DNA of 30,470 nt from a virus (taxonomy: Duplodnaviria; Caudoviricetes). The stretch covers positions 1-30,470 of IMG/VR virus record IMGVR_UViG_3300046779_001035. One strand, given 5' to 3'. The position numbers were made by a program, and so were the translations under genes. Of the stretch, positions 1 through 7,787 are shown piece after piece. The notes under the pieces were generated by a model, which worked only from the letters and a program-made list of their open reading frames with translations, was not told the DNA's origin and ran no database searches. Each line of letters begins with the position of its first letter. The first letter of the stretch is position 1.

Positions 1-333
1 AGGAAGACCTTTAATTCTAATATCGTGCTGTTCGCCCCACAATGCTTTTTTAGCGTTGAACAGCTCTTTTTGCTCGTCTGTGGGAACGCCGGGAATAATA
101 AGGTGTAGATCTAGATCTGAGTATTCATTCCAGGTATAATTGGCATTTGAACCAGTGATTGTGTAGTCTACTACTTCTAGTTCGATCCCGATAAATTCTT
201 CAAATGCTAGAGCAATTTCTTTAAGTTTAGCAGTGACTTCTGGCTTGAGCTCGCCGTCGACCCAGATCTTAGGGTTAAGACGTTTGTTTACTGTGATCAG
301 CTTGGCCGTGTCTAATACTTCGTTTATGCGCAT
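1..333 (-). CDS. Pol-beta-superfamily nucleotidyltransferase, 3'-truncated by the window edge (not in ORF track)
   Basis: My translation from ATG at 333 is MRINEVLDTAKLITVNKRLNPKIWVDGELKPEVTAKLKEIALAFEEFIGIELEVVDYTITGSNANYTWNEYSDLDLHLII..., open to position 1. It carries the hGS-x(9)-DxD signature (ITGS...SDLDL). Confidence 0.75.
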   Translation of the reverse strand, partial: MRINEVLDTAKLITVNKRLNPKIWVDGELKPEVTAKLKEIALAFEEFIGIELEVVDYTITGSNANYTWNEYSDLDLHLIIPGVPTDEQKELFNAKKALWGEQHDIRIKGLP

Positions 334-336
334 CCA

Positions 337-579
337 TTATTTAGCCCACATTAGGTGATAGTTTAAAAGAGATACTTCATCATAGAATTCTGCAATTAAA
401 CGGCAGTGCATGTCTCGGCGTTCTAACATTAATTGACAAGCATCTGGTTCTTGTTTAAGTAACCAACGGGTTTGATCTAGGCCAATGGTCTTATGTACTT
501 TGGGCCAATCAATTTCAATGTTTTCACCTTCGCTGGGTAACCACTTGTACAACTCAATCTTTTTACTCTTCATCGCCAC
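337..579 (-). CDS. Hypothetical protein (about 80 aa)
   Basis: ORF overlaps the helicase stop and fills the gap to the next gene in the same orientation. The start could be 579 or 573. Confidence 0.7.
   Translation of the reverse strand: MAMKSKKIELYKWLPSEGENIEIDWPKVHKTIGLDQTRWLLKQEPDACQLMLERRDMHCRLIAEFYDEVSLLNYHLMWAK
338..344 (-). promoter_or_regulatory. T4-late-like promoter box CTAAATA
   Basis: Minus strand reads CTAAATA-ATGG-ATG, so the box is 4 nt before the start at 333. It resembles the T4 gp55 late consensus TATAAATA. Confidence 0.55.
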
Positions 580-1990
580 CCATGTTATTCAAAATCTCTC
601 GGAGCTTGGTACTCTCCACGTGGCCACGAATCTTGGGAGCTGGTGCTCCTTCTTTAGGATCTTCGCCACGATCTGCTACTTCGGTCTTGCGTTTAATTGA
701 TTCAATGATGCTAGAAGCACCACTACCACGCTGACCTCCTGCTGCGCCTTCTTGTTCATCTTCTGGAAGATCAGTAATACGAAGACTTTCGAGGTTAAAC
801 TCTAGATCAACTTTCATACCTACACCCGAACTTGAACGAGTTTTCATTAACTGTAATTGGTAACGTCCACGTTCACGCATTGCTCGTGAAGTGAAGATAC
901 CGAACACGTTATCCGCAGTTTGAATCTTTGACAAACCGCCTGAAATGTGTGAGTGATCGAATTCTACTTCTTCAACAGCACCACGGTTCAACTGTGCCGC
1001 AGTAACTAAAATACAATTCTTTTCAACTGCTAGGTTACGAATTTCTTCAGCAACATACTTGTCCTTAATAAACAAGTCTGCAGGGCTAATCTTCTTACTC
1101 ATGGGCATTAACAAGTCCATGTAGTCTAATAGAAGTACGTCTACACGACGACCCATTTGAATTTCATATTCTTTAATGTAAGCACGGATGTCGTTGGCAG
1201 TTTTACCAGAAGGCATATACTTAACCTGCATTGCTCCGGCTTTCTTACCAATCATCTTAACTTTCATTTCAACGTTATCGAGATCTTTAAAAATCTCTTT
1301 TGTTGGAATGCCTGTGGTCATTGCATCAATACGCATACACACAAGGTCTTCTGAAAGTTCTAGTGTCAGATACAGAACGTTCAGTCCGAGCATTGCCCAG
1401 TTTACGCCAAGGTTAGCAAGAAAGAGGGATTTACCTGCTCCAGACCCACCGGCAAAAATGTTAAGTTCTCCACGGTTCATACCTCCAAATAATCTACGAT
1501 CCATACTTGGCCAACCTGTAGAGATTTGACCATTCTTGTCTTTAATTCTCATCAAACGACTGCGTGGATCTGCAAAGTAGTCAGTACCCATGTCTTTAGC
1601 AAGACCAATTTGCACAGCTTCTTTAACTAGTAATTCAACTGCACCGTAGTCTTTCTTTTCAAGTAAGTCAGCCGAACTAATAATTGCTCGCTCTAATGCC
1701 TTGTGACGAGTGAACGACTCGAACTCATCCATGAGCCACTCTTTGTGACCTTCTTTGAGTTCGTCACCCGGCTTTTGTAAGCCGACACCGCAACTAGCAT
1801 TAACCATTTCATATTCAGGTAAGACTGAATATTCTTTAGCGTACTCGTTAATAAACTCAGCTGCGTCTTGTAATTTTCTATCGAATAGTGTATGGTCAAA
1901 AATACCCTGACAACGAACAAACGTTTCTGCGTCTGCTAACATTAATTCAAGATAAAGTTTTTGTACCTCTGGTCCGTAATCTTTAATCAT
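563..1990 (-). CDS. gp41: Replicative SF4 DNA helicase (T4 gp41/DnaB-like)
   Basis: Walker A GGSGAGKS, H1a LTLELSE, Walker B LLLDYMD, TAAQLNR and the QLMKTR arginine-finger region. It lies next to the primase. Confidence 0.92.
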   Translation of the reverse strand: MIKDYGPEVQKLYLELMLADAETFVRCQGIFDHTLFDRKLQDAAEFINEYAKEYSVLPEYEMVNASCGVGLQKPGDELKEGHKEWLMDEFESFTRHKALERAIISSADLLEKKDYGAVELLVKEAVQIGLAKDMGTDYFADPRSRLMRIKDKNGQISTGWPSMDRRLFGGMNRGELNIFAGGSGAGKSLFLANLGVNWAMLGLNVLYLTLELSEDLVCMRIDAMTTGIPTKEIFKDLDNVEMKVKMIGKKAGAMQVKYMPSGKTANDIRAYIKEYEIQMGRRVDVLLLDYMDLLMPMSKKISPADLFIKDKYVAEEIRNLAVEKNCILVTAAQLNRGAVEEVEFDHSHISGGLSKIQTADNVFGIFTSRAMRERGRYQLQLMKTRSSSGVGMKVDLEFNLESLRITDLPEDEQEGAAGGQRGSGASSIIESIKRKTEVADRGEDPKEGAPAPKIRGHVESTKLREILNNMGGDEE

Positions 1991-1995
1991 AATAT

Positions 1996-2025
1996 ATTAT
2001 ACATTAATCTCCAGGTGTTTTACAA
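1996..2025 (-). promoter_or_regulatory. Sigma70-type promoter for the helicase (TTGTAA-18-TATAAT)
   Basis: -35 TTGTAA at 2025-2020 and -10 TATAAT at 2001-1996. The ATG is 5 nt after the -10. Confidence 0.55.
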
Positions 2026-2938
2026 CACCAAAATTCCACTGCCATTCTCTTCTTTTAGTGTGGTACAATACTGCTCCAAGACTTGAACTTCCGTCACCGG
2101 GGTTTGGTAAACTCCAAATGTATTTCCATTGGTTGGAAAGTTGTTTATTGTATTTCGAGTTCATGGCGCAACCGCCCATGTACACCAGGCAATCGCTGCC
2201 GGTGAGCCTACGAGCCATAAGCATTACCATGTCTACTTGCTCTTCAAACACCTGTTGTACTGCTGCGGCTATGTCGTATCGATCTTGTGCATCTACAGGT
2301 GTTGGCCAGTTAGGTACACCTTTATGGAAGTTTGTGTTTAAAGAAACTACACCATCAAAGTAACTTCTAATTTGATGTAGGTATCTCTTTGGATCGCCTA
2401 GTTCACTGTCACGCTGTAACAAGTGTTCTTCGGCCAACGGCTTGTAACCAATTAACTGTGTAAATGCAGAATAGAATAAACCCAGACTGTTAGGGTATGA
2501 ACGACTCCACACCTTTTTCATTTCGCCGTGTTTAGCTTCCCAAATAGTAGCACACTCAAATTCTCCAATAGCATCTAAGACAACTATTGCACAATGGTTA
2601 AATGGACTTGTGTAGTATCCTGCGGCTGCATGGCTAGCATGATGCGGAGTATATCTTAAATTAGCGTAAGGTACTTTAAGAGACTTTTTGTAAGTTGATG
2701 GTAAGTCGTTAAAATCAAATACTCTATTCCACTGTCCTGCTCGTAGTTGGCGAGCTTTTTTAATCCAAGGACGTTCGTACCAAAATATAGTAGACGGGCC
2801 GCCGTAGTTAAATGCTCTGTGGATTGCCTTTGAATCTAACGTATCTTCTTTAAATTGCTCAAACATAGACAGTTGCCCGTTTGAGAAAACAGACAAGCTA
2901 CTGCCATGGTTAAGTGCGTTTATACCCCAAGTAATCAT
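1997..2938 (-). CDS. Carbamoyltransferase (NodU/CmcH family), N-terminal Kae1-like domain only
   Basis: Motifs WGINALNH, HHASHAAAGYYTSPF, VLDAIGE, SLGLFY, MGGCAMN and PNPGDGSSSLGA. At 313 aa it has no room for the C-terminal YrdC-like domain. Confidence 0.85.
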   Translation of the reverse strand: MITWGINALNHGSSLSVFSNGQLSMFEQFKEDTLDSKAIHRAFNYGGPSTIFWYERPWIKKARQLRAGQWNRVFDFNDLPSTYKKSLKVPYANLRYTPHHASHAAAGYYTSPFNHCAIVVLDAIGEFECATIWEAKHGEMKKVWSRSYPNSLGLFYSAFTQLIGYKPLAEEHLLQRDSELGDPKRYLHQIRSYFDGVVSLNTNFHKGVPNWPTPVDAQDRYDIAAAVQQVFEEQVDMVMLMARRLTGSDCLVYMGGCAMNSKYNKQLSNQWKYIWSLPNPGDGSSSLGAVLYHTKRREWQWNFGVVKHLEINV

Positions 2939-3051
2939 TTGTAGATGAAAGGATCACGTTTACGCATTTCTTCAATACGCTTTTTATATTCTTTATTTTC
3001 AAGGTATTTTCTGTAAGGATACAGTATAATGTCAAGTATTTTTTTCATCAT
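2935..3051 (-). CDS. Small basic protein (38 aa) translationally coupled to the carbamoyltransferase (not in ORF track)
   Basis: MMKKILDIILYPYRKYLENKEYKKRIEEMRKRDPFIYK*. Its TGA overlaps the carbamoyltransferase ATG (ATGA at 2938-2935), and it fills the gap after the primase. Confidence 0.7.
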   Translation of the reverse strand: MMKKILDIILYPYRKYLENKEYKKRIEEMRKRDPFIYK

Positions 3052-4063
3052 CTTCTTGTCTCTCAAGTTTGTGTTCTAGTCGTTTCTTTGCCATGTTAAT
3101 ACGAATAGAACCTTTTTCTGCTGTCTTAATTGCATCAACAATCACAAACAACTTTCCGTACTTCTGTACAGCATCTGCTGTATCTTTAACGTCAGGATCC
3201 CAGTTAGGACTTGCTATGGACCAATCTAATTCTGCTGCTCGATCAAACAAGTTAAGACCGGCTTTGTCTTGGTCTGGAATTACAATAACTTCAACTCCTA
3301 GACTATTAATTATCCTTGCTTGCTGGTCAGAGATTTCATTATGTAGTAATGCAACGCCGTTAATACTTAAGGCATCAAATGGTCCTTCAACTACTAATAG
3401 ATACTTTTGTTTTTCGCTTTGTGCGTTGATGTTAAAGACAAAGTTAGGCTGTTGTTCCGAAATATACTTAGGACTTCCCTTGCCTACTTTTCTGGCAGTG
3501 TTGCCTACAATCTTTCCTTCATACTTAAATGGGATGATAACCCTATCTGCAAATCCGGGCACAGGAGTCCAATAGAAATTATTGTCCATTGGATCACACC
3601 CTCGACCTACAAGATACTTAATAACTGGTTCTATTAAATCTATAATGCTATCTAAGTTTGGATTACTTACCCATTCGTGTATAGGCATTGCACCTTCGGG
3701 TAATTCTTTTTCTACAAATTCTATCTTTGTCTGTGCTTCAGTTTGTATGAAGTCTTCCGATTCAGTCTTTAACGATTCAAAGACCATTTCTTTAATTGTG
3801 TCGTCATTTGCTCCCATCCATCTGAGCAACGACTTCATCTTTTCTCCTAGCGTAGACCCGGGTTGCCAACCAGTTGAGAACTTACAGTTAAAGCAATTAT
3901 AAACAATACCATTTCCGTCAAAGCGAACACCTGCTCGTTTTCTAGTGTCTTGTTTATGCCCGCGATGATGACAGCAAGGTGCGTTAAAACTAGTCCATCC
4001 AGAAGGACTATGTTTAGCACGAGGCGGGATTAGTGAACGGAATTTATCTACGACCAGAGTCAT
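3032..4063 (-). CDS. gp61: DNA primase (T4 gp61/DnaG-like)
   Basis: N-terminal Zn-binding region (APCCHH...YNCFNC), RVIIPF/TAR/PKY segments, TOPRIM motifs VVEGPFDA and IPDQD, and the KDTAD motif. Confidence 0.9.
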   Translation of the reverse strand: MTLVVDKFRSLIPPRAKHSPSGWTSFNAPCCHHRGHKQDTRKRAGVRFDGNGIVYNCFNCKFSTGWQPGSTLGEKMKSLLRWMGANDDTIKEMVFESLKTESEDFIQTEAQTKIEFVEKELPEGAMPIHEWVSNPNLDSIIDLIEPVIKYLVGRGCDPMDNNFYWTPVPGFADRVIIPFKYEGKIVGNTARKVGKGSPKYISEQQPNFVFNINAQSEKQKYLLVVEGPFDALSINGVALLHNEISDQQARIINSLGVEVIVIPDQDKAGLNLFDRAAELDWSIASPNWDPDVKDTADAVQKYGKLFVIVDAIKTAEKGSIRINMAKKRLEHKLERQEDDEKNT

Positions 4064-4069
4064 AGATTA

Positions 4070-4098
4070 ATTATACTATCGATATACTACTTTGTCAA
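4070..4098 (-). promoter_or_regulatory. Perfect sigma70 consensus promoter (TTGACA-17-TATAAT) for the primase
   Basis: TTGACA at 4098-4093, a 17-nt spacer and TATAAT at 4075-4070. The ATG at 4063 follows after 6 nt. Confidence 0.85.
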
Positions 4099-5176
4099 TA
4101 CTTCCTTGAGCAATTTGAACGGGCTCAAGTACATATGTTTTAAAGTTTGGATCAATATCTGGTGTACCAGTATAAGTGAATGTTTCAATTGAACCGTTAA
4201 TAGAAACTCCGGTAACAGTAATTGTGAGATCGTTAGTGATATCCCCACCTCCCAATCTTGATCCATTAATAATTAGTACATCGTCGATTGAGTAACCTGT
4301 TCCTGCGTTTTGTAGGCTTACATCATATTGATTCAAAAGCATTGTATCTCTTGTAATTATAAATGATGCTAATACACCTTTATGGCCAGTTTGTTTAATT
4401 CTGAACCAATTCCATTTTCCTACAACATTCTTATAAGATACTGACGAACCTGGAACAAAATTATTAAGTCCGGGGCTAATAGCAGAGTTTGGAATGTCTA
4501 CCCATGTGCTTGGGTTTCCGCCTTCTCCTAAACTACCCTGGATTGTAACAGTGCCATCAAAGTTGTCAAAGTAAAATTGAAATGTATGTACTGTTTGTGG
4601 GTCAGTTGTTTGAGGTCTTGCGTTAATAATACTGCTGGTAAAGTAAGGAGTTTGTGGATCTCCTAACGCCGCTGGGTTCGTATAACTAAACTCTCGAACG
4701 ACTGTGGAAGAACGAAGACCGCCTTGCACATCACCTGAAACTTCTATGGTAGCAACAGCACCAAATTGGTCATCGATGTAAAGTGGCTTTTTAGAAATAA
4801 CTGTATAACTATCTACATCTTCGTCTCGAACTTCTTGTACAAGACTATAAGAATACAGACCCGGTTCAAGGTCTAATAGGTCTTGTTCAGTTAAAATTAT
4901 GCGAACGTTTCCAGATACGTTACTCAGGGTCTGACAATCTCGGCTAAGTAACAATGATTGAGTTTCATGGTTGAATAAATTAAAAACAACTGTGGTACCG
5001 ATAATATTTGTAGCTTTTTGATCTCCGTTCTTAACTTGGAATTCAAGCTGATTGTCTGTACTGCGATAAATTTTTAAGTTGTGATTATACACTTTTCTGA
5101 ACCTCTCTGTAGTCCAGCTCGAACTTGTATAAACCGAGACTCGATTTGGATATAAATAAACTGGATTTAGTTGCAT
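4076..5176 (-). CDS. Putative virion structural protein (beta-rich, about 366 aa; start revised to MQLNPVY at 5176)
   Basis: Thr/Ser/Gly/Val-rich, with a 'NAGTGYSIDDVLIINGSRLGG...NDLTITVT' segment typical of myovirus tail/baseplate proteins. An ATAAATA box sits 4 nt upstream of ATG 5176. Confidence 0.6.
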   Translation of the reverse strand: MQLNPVYLYPNRVSVYTSSSWTTERFRKVYNHNLKIYRSTDNQLEFQVKNGDQKATNIIGTTVVFNLFNHETQSLLLSRDCQTLSNVSGNVRIILTEQDLLDLEPGLYSYSLVQEVRDEDVDSYTVISKKPLYIDDQFGAVATIEVSGDVQGGLRSSTVVREFSYTNPAALGDPQTPYFTSSIINARPQTTDPQTVHTFQFYFDNFDGTVTIQGSLGEGGNPSTWVDIPNSAISPGLNNFVPGSSVSYKNVVGKWNWFRIKQTGHKGVLASFIITRDTMLLNQYDVSLQNAGTGYSIDDVLIINGSRLGGGDITNDLTITVTGVSINGSIETFTYTGTPDIDPNFKTYVLEPVQIAQGSIDKVVYR

Positions 5177-5187
5177 CACATATTTAT
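5151..5187. promoter_or_regulatory. Overlapping divergent late-promoter pair
   Basis: Exact TATAAATA on + at 5151-5158, upstream of ATG 5190. ATAAATA on - at 5187-5181, upstream of ATG 5176. Confidence 0.6.
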
Positions 5188-5189
5188 CG

Positions 5190-5561
5190 ATGAGAATAAC
5201 AAAAAACTTACAGGACAATTTTCCTTTTATTAGTGTAATAAACCACGTAGATAAAGAATACGTAGGAATTATTATTAATCAGGACTCTGCTATTACTAGC
5301 ATATACGACTACGGATCTCTTAAAACAGATGAAGAGAGAAAACAGTTTTTAGAGCTAGGAGAAGCTTGGTGGTGGGAAAGTAATCGCCTAATACCTATTA
5401 ATATTTTCTTAGCTAGAGAAATACAACCGTTTCGTTATTGTATTAAGAATTTTTCTAGCAAGGATGTTAAAGTGCTATTTGGTCCTTGTACAAGTTTAAA
5501 CGATATTATTGTAAAACGTATTAAACGTAAATCAATAACACTCGTTAGAAAAGCACCTTAA
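5190..5561 (+). CDS. Hypothetical phage protein (123 aa, WWWESNR motif)
   Basis: Clean ORF filling the gap, preceded by TATAAATA. Its stop overlaps the convergent stop of the DnaE fragment (TTAA at 5558-5561). Confidence 0.8.
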   Translation: MRITKNLQDNFPFISVINHVDKEYVGIIINQDSAITSIYDYGSLKTDEERKQFLELGEAWWWESNRLIPINIFLAREIQPFRYCIKNFSSKDVKVLFGPCTSLNDIIVKRIKRKSITLVRKAP

Positions 5562-6136
5562 AGGTATTCAACACTTATACCTTCACAGATTAAATTCATC
5601 TGAACCACAATTGCCATAGCATAAGCAGTTGCATGGCTCTTCTTAAAGAAGTACTCATCAGTAGTCGGTTTTGTCCAAACCTCGTTCATAATCGTAGTCC
5701 AATCTTTCCCAATCAGATAACGTTTCGCTGGTCGGATCATCGCCAGGACCGCAGCTAATTGTTCCACGGAAGTCGGCAGGGTCTTCCGGATTATATCTCC
5801 ATGCCCGTTTAAATGAAATAACAGATTTACAAATTGGTCGTCCAGTAGTAAGTCCCATAGAGGCTCCTGATTCATCAATTGAACTAGGTGTTCTTCATTT
5901 CTAACACCCTTGTAGATTCCAACATTTAAAAAATCTATTTTAAAATAACCATTCTCTTCAGCTTGGTCGTAAGGGATACTGCACACTCCTGCTTCTGCAT
6001 TAACAGGAACCTCGTGAAGGTACACACCAGTATTGTGTTTAACTAGTTTTCCATTGTCAACTCTGCTAGCCTTAGCATGTTTAAACAATCGAAGTGCTTC
6101 TTCTCTATCTACGAAGTCAATGTCAATGTCAGGCAT
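5558..6136 (-). CDS. dnaE: Minimal/split DNA polymerase III alpha (C-family) catalytic fragment
   Basis: DnaE motifs occur in order: MPDIDIDF, KHNTGVY (HAGG-like), FKIDFL, AMIRP (ALYRPG-like) and YFFKKSHATAYA (YGFNKSHSAAYA-like). Only 192 aa. Confidence 0.85.
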   Translation of the reverse strand: MPDIDIDFVDREEALRLFKHAKASRVDNGKLVKHNTGVYLHEVPVNAEAGVCSIPYDQAEENGYFKIDFLNVGIYKGVRNEEHLVQLMNQEPLWDLLLDDQFVNLLFHLNGHGDIIRKTLPTSVEQLAAVLAMIRPAKRYLIGKDWTTIMNEVWTKPTTDEYFFKKSHATAYAMAIVVQMNLICEGISVEYL

Positions 6137-6326
6137 CTTTAAAATTCACTCTTTTCCAATGACTAGGTCCTGCGGTCGGATCTTCATGACCTATATACCT
6201 TTCGCCAGTTTGTAAGTCAACTAGCATCCACTTTTCAGGACACCGTGTGTAAACTTCCAAGGTTACGGCCTTGTCCTTTTCAGGAACATCTCGGCCGTCT
6301 AGCAAAGTTCTAGTCTTTTGTGTCAT
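6129..6326 (-). CDS. Hypothetical protein (65 aa)
   Basis: ORF overlaps both neighbours in the minus-strand operon. Confidence 0.7.
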   Translation of the reverse strand: MTQKTRTLLDGRDVPEKDKAVTLEVYTRCPEKWMLVDLQTGERYIGHEDPTAGPSHWKRVNFKDA

Positions 6327-6550
6327 TGTATTCTTGTAGTTTCAAACAATAATAACGGCAATGTGTTAACTAAAAATTCAGCATATTCTTCTGCATCTTC
6401 GTCGTCTTCAAAACCTGAAAACTTAACATAAACGCAGGGTTCTTCTGTACCTGTAGCTACTTCAATGTCGATATCGTCTCTAGAAATTAACTCTTCGTTT
6501 TCTTCTAGAGGTACTTCTTCTAGTACTGGGGGTATCTTTTTATTTGCCAT
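6323..6550 (-). CDS. Small acidic hypothetical protein (75 aa; start revised to MANKK at 6550)
   Basis: ATG at 6550 overlaps the upstream TAA (TAATG coupling). The sequence is Glu/Asp-rich. Confidence 0.7.
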   Translation of the reverse strand: MANKKIPPVLEEVPLEENEELISRDDIDIEVATGTEEPCVYVKFSGFEDDEDAEEYAEFLVNTLPLLLFETTRIQ

Positions 6551-7230
6551 TATAGTATCTTCGCTTCCTTTATAAGTTCTTTTACTAGTTCGTGATCTGC
6601 TGGTAATGACTGAAATCTTCTCAACCAATACTGCGGATCAATAACAGGGCTAATTATTTCTAATTGCTCGTCATTCATACGCTTCAGCATATCCTTCCCT
6701 GACTTGGTATTTAATACTATCCAAGGCGATATTAAACCTTCTTTGACATCATGCGTTGCTCTGTTTAAGTTCACATAAGCAAAATAATGCTCCCATGCAG
6801 CATTATTAGCATCTGCCCACTCCATCATTGTTTTAATTGTTCTTTGTATAGCGCCATCTGCAGGCTCTACTTTAATAAGCTCACTGATGTATTGATCGTA
6901 TAAACTATCTCTGCACCAATGGTCTAACTTAACTCCGCTACGGATAACATACTCAATAAACTTCTCTGGGTATATAGGAGCCGTATTAACCATGAAGCTG
7001 CCAAACTTCACAAACGCTGTGTAGTAAGGACTGTTTGCAAATTCTTCAAATGTCTTTTGTTTCTTTGCATTTTGTGTAATTTCGTAAAAACGTTGAAAGG
7101 TCATTAAACCCATTTGAACGTGCTTCTCATGTTTACTCATGTGTCGGCGTTTTTGTTCGCAGACATGCACATACAAAGTTTTTTCCTTTGCAAAATCTTT
7201 ATTACAAAATTCACACTTATACATTTGCAT
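6550..7230 (-). CDS. Zn-finger-containing protein, possible gp59-like helicase loader (start revised to 7230)
   Basis: ATG at 7230 is coupled to the upstream stop (TAATG). N-terminal YKCEFC-x12-HVC zinc finger. The remainder resembles T4 gp59 by eye. Confidence 0.55.
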   Translation of the reverse strand: MQMYKCEFCNKDFAKEKTLYVHVCEQKRRHMSKHEKHVQMGLMTFQRFYEITQNAKKQKTFEEFANSPYYTAFVKFGSFMVNTAPIYPEKFIEYVIRSGVKLDHWCRDSLYDQYISELIKVEPADGAIQRTIKTMMEWADANNAAWEHYFAYVNLNRATHDVKEGLISPWIVLNTKSGKDMLKRMNDEQLEIISPVIDPQYWLRRFQSLPADHELVKELIKEAKIL

Positions 7231-7787
7231 TACTGCTTTTCTGCCATTATGAAGTACTTTTTTACCAACATTGGCTTTTTTGTTCCCTTGGGAGTTTTGT
7301 AAAATTCCATGTAATCTTCCTTGATTATCTTGTAATTGAGATTTAGAAATTTGTTTCTCCACCACTCCGGCGACTCCTGAATTAAATGTGCATTGCGACC
7401 GTCTGGCAAAATTAATTTAGCTGGACTTAGGGCAATGAGATGATAAATGTAACGACTTCTACTAGAAAGATACGCTAGTGTTTGATTGATGTGTTCTGGT
7501 TCAACATGTTCAAGTACATCAGTGGAAATGATTAAATCTGCATGTCTACCGTCAAGTGACTGGTCAAACTCTTTGTTACCCGGATCATACCCTGTTATAG
7601 CTAGGTCTGGGTAATCCTCTCTTAGCCTCTGTACTAGTCGTCCTTTACCGCAACCAAAGTCTAGAATACTGGCTGGTTTAACTTGATCGATAAAATCTGC
7701 CAGGTACTTAGGAATCTTAGATCTTTTTCCAAAGGGACTAGTGTCGTGAATTTCGTTGAGTATTTTCTTGTAATTGTCTGAGATCAT
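7230..7787 (-). CDS. Class I SAM-dependent methyltransferase (start probably MISDNY at 7787)
   Basis: Motif I ILDFGCGKG, motif II GYDPG and DLIISTDVLEHV. The ATGA overlaps the upstream stop at 7784-7787. Confidence 0.85.
   Translation of the reverse strand: MISDNYKKILNEIHDTSPFGKRSKIPKYLADFIDQVKPASILDFGCGKGRLVQRLREDYPDLAITGYDPGNKEFDQSLDGRHADLIISTDVLEHVEPEHINQTLAYLSSRSRYIYHLIALSPAKLILPDGRNAHLIQESPEWWRNKFLNLNYKIIKEDYMEFYKTPKGTKKPMLVKKYFIMAEKQ

Noticed and set aside
3005-3035. TTGACA on the minus strand at 3035-3030
   Set aside because: There is no acceptable -10 at 16-18 nt spacing, and it lies inside coding sequence.
485-3902. Plus-strand ORFs in the track (485-700, 1157-1529, 2058-2363, 3069-3902) and similar ones at 9182, 10438-10954, 26094-27398 and 29049-29488
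   Set aside because: They are antisense shadows of well-supported minus-strand genes, with no motifs or start context.
7231-7365. N-terminal extension of ORF 6550..7365; likewise the extensions at 5177-5218, 6551-6628, 19037-19108, 19704-19757, 22017-22091 and 28661-28726
   Set aside because: They overlap neighbouring genes or promoters. Downstream ATGs with stop/start coupling, an SD or a promoter box fit better.
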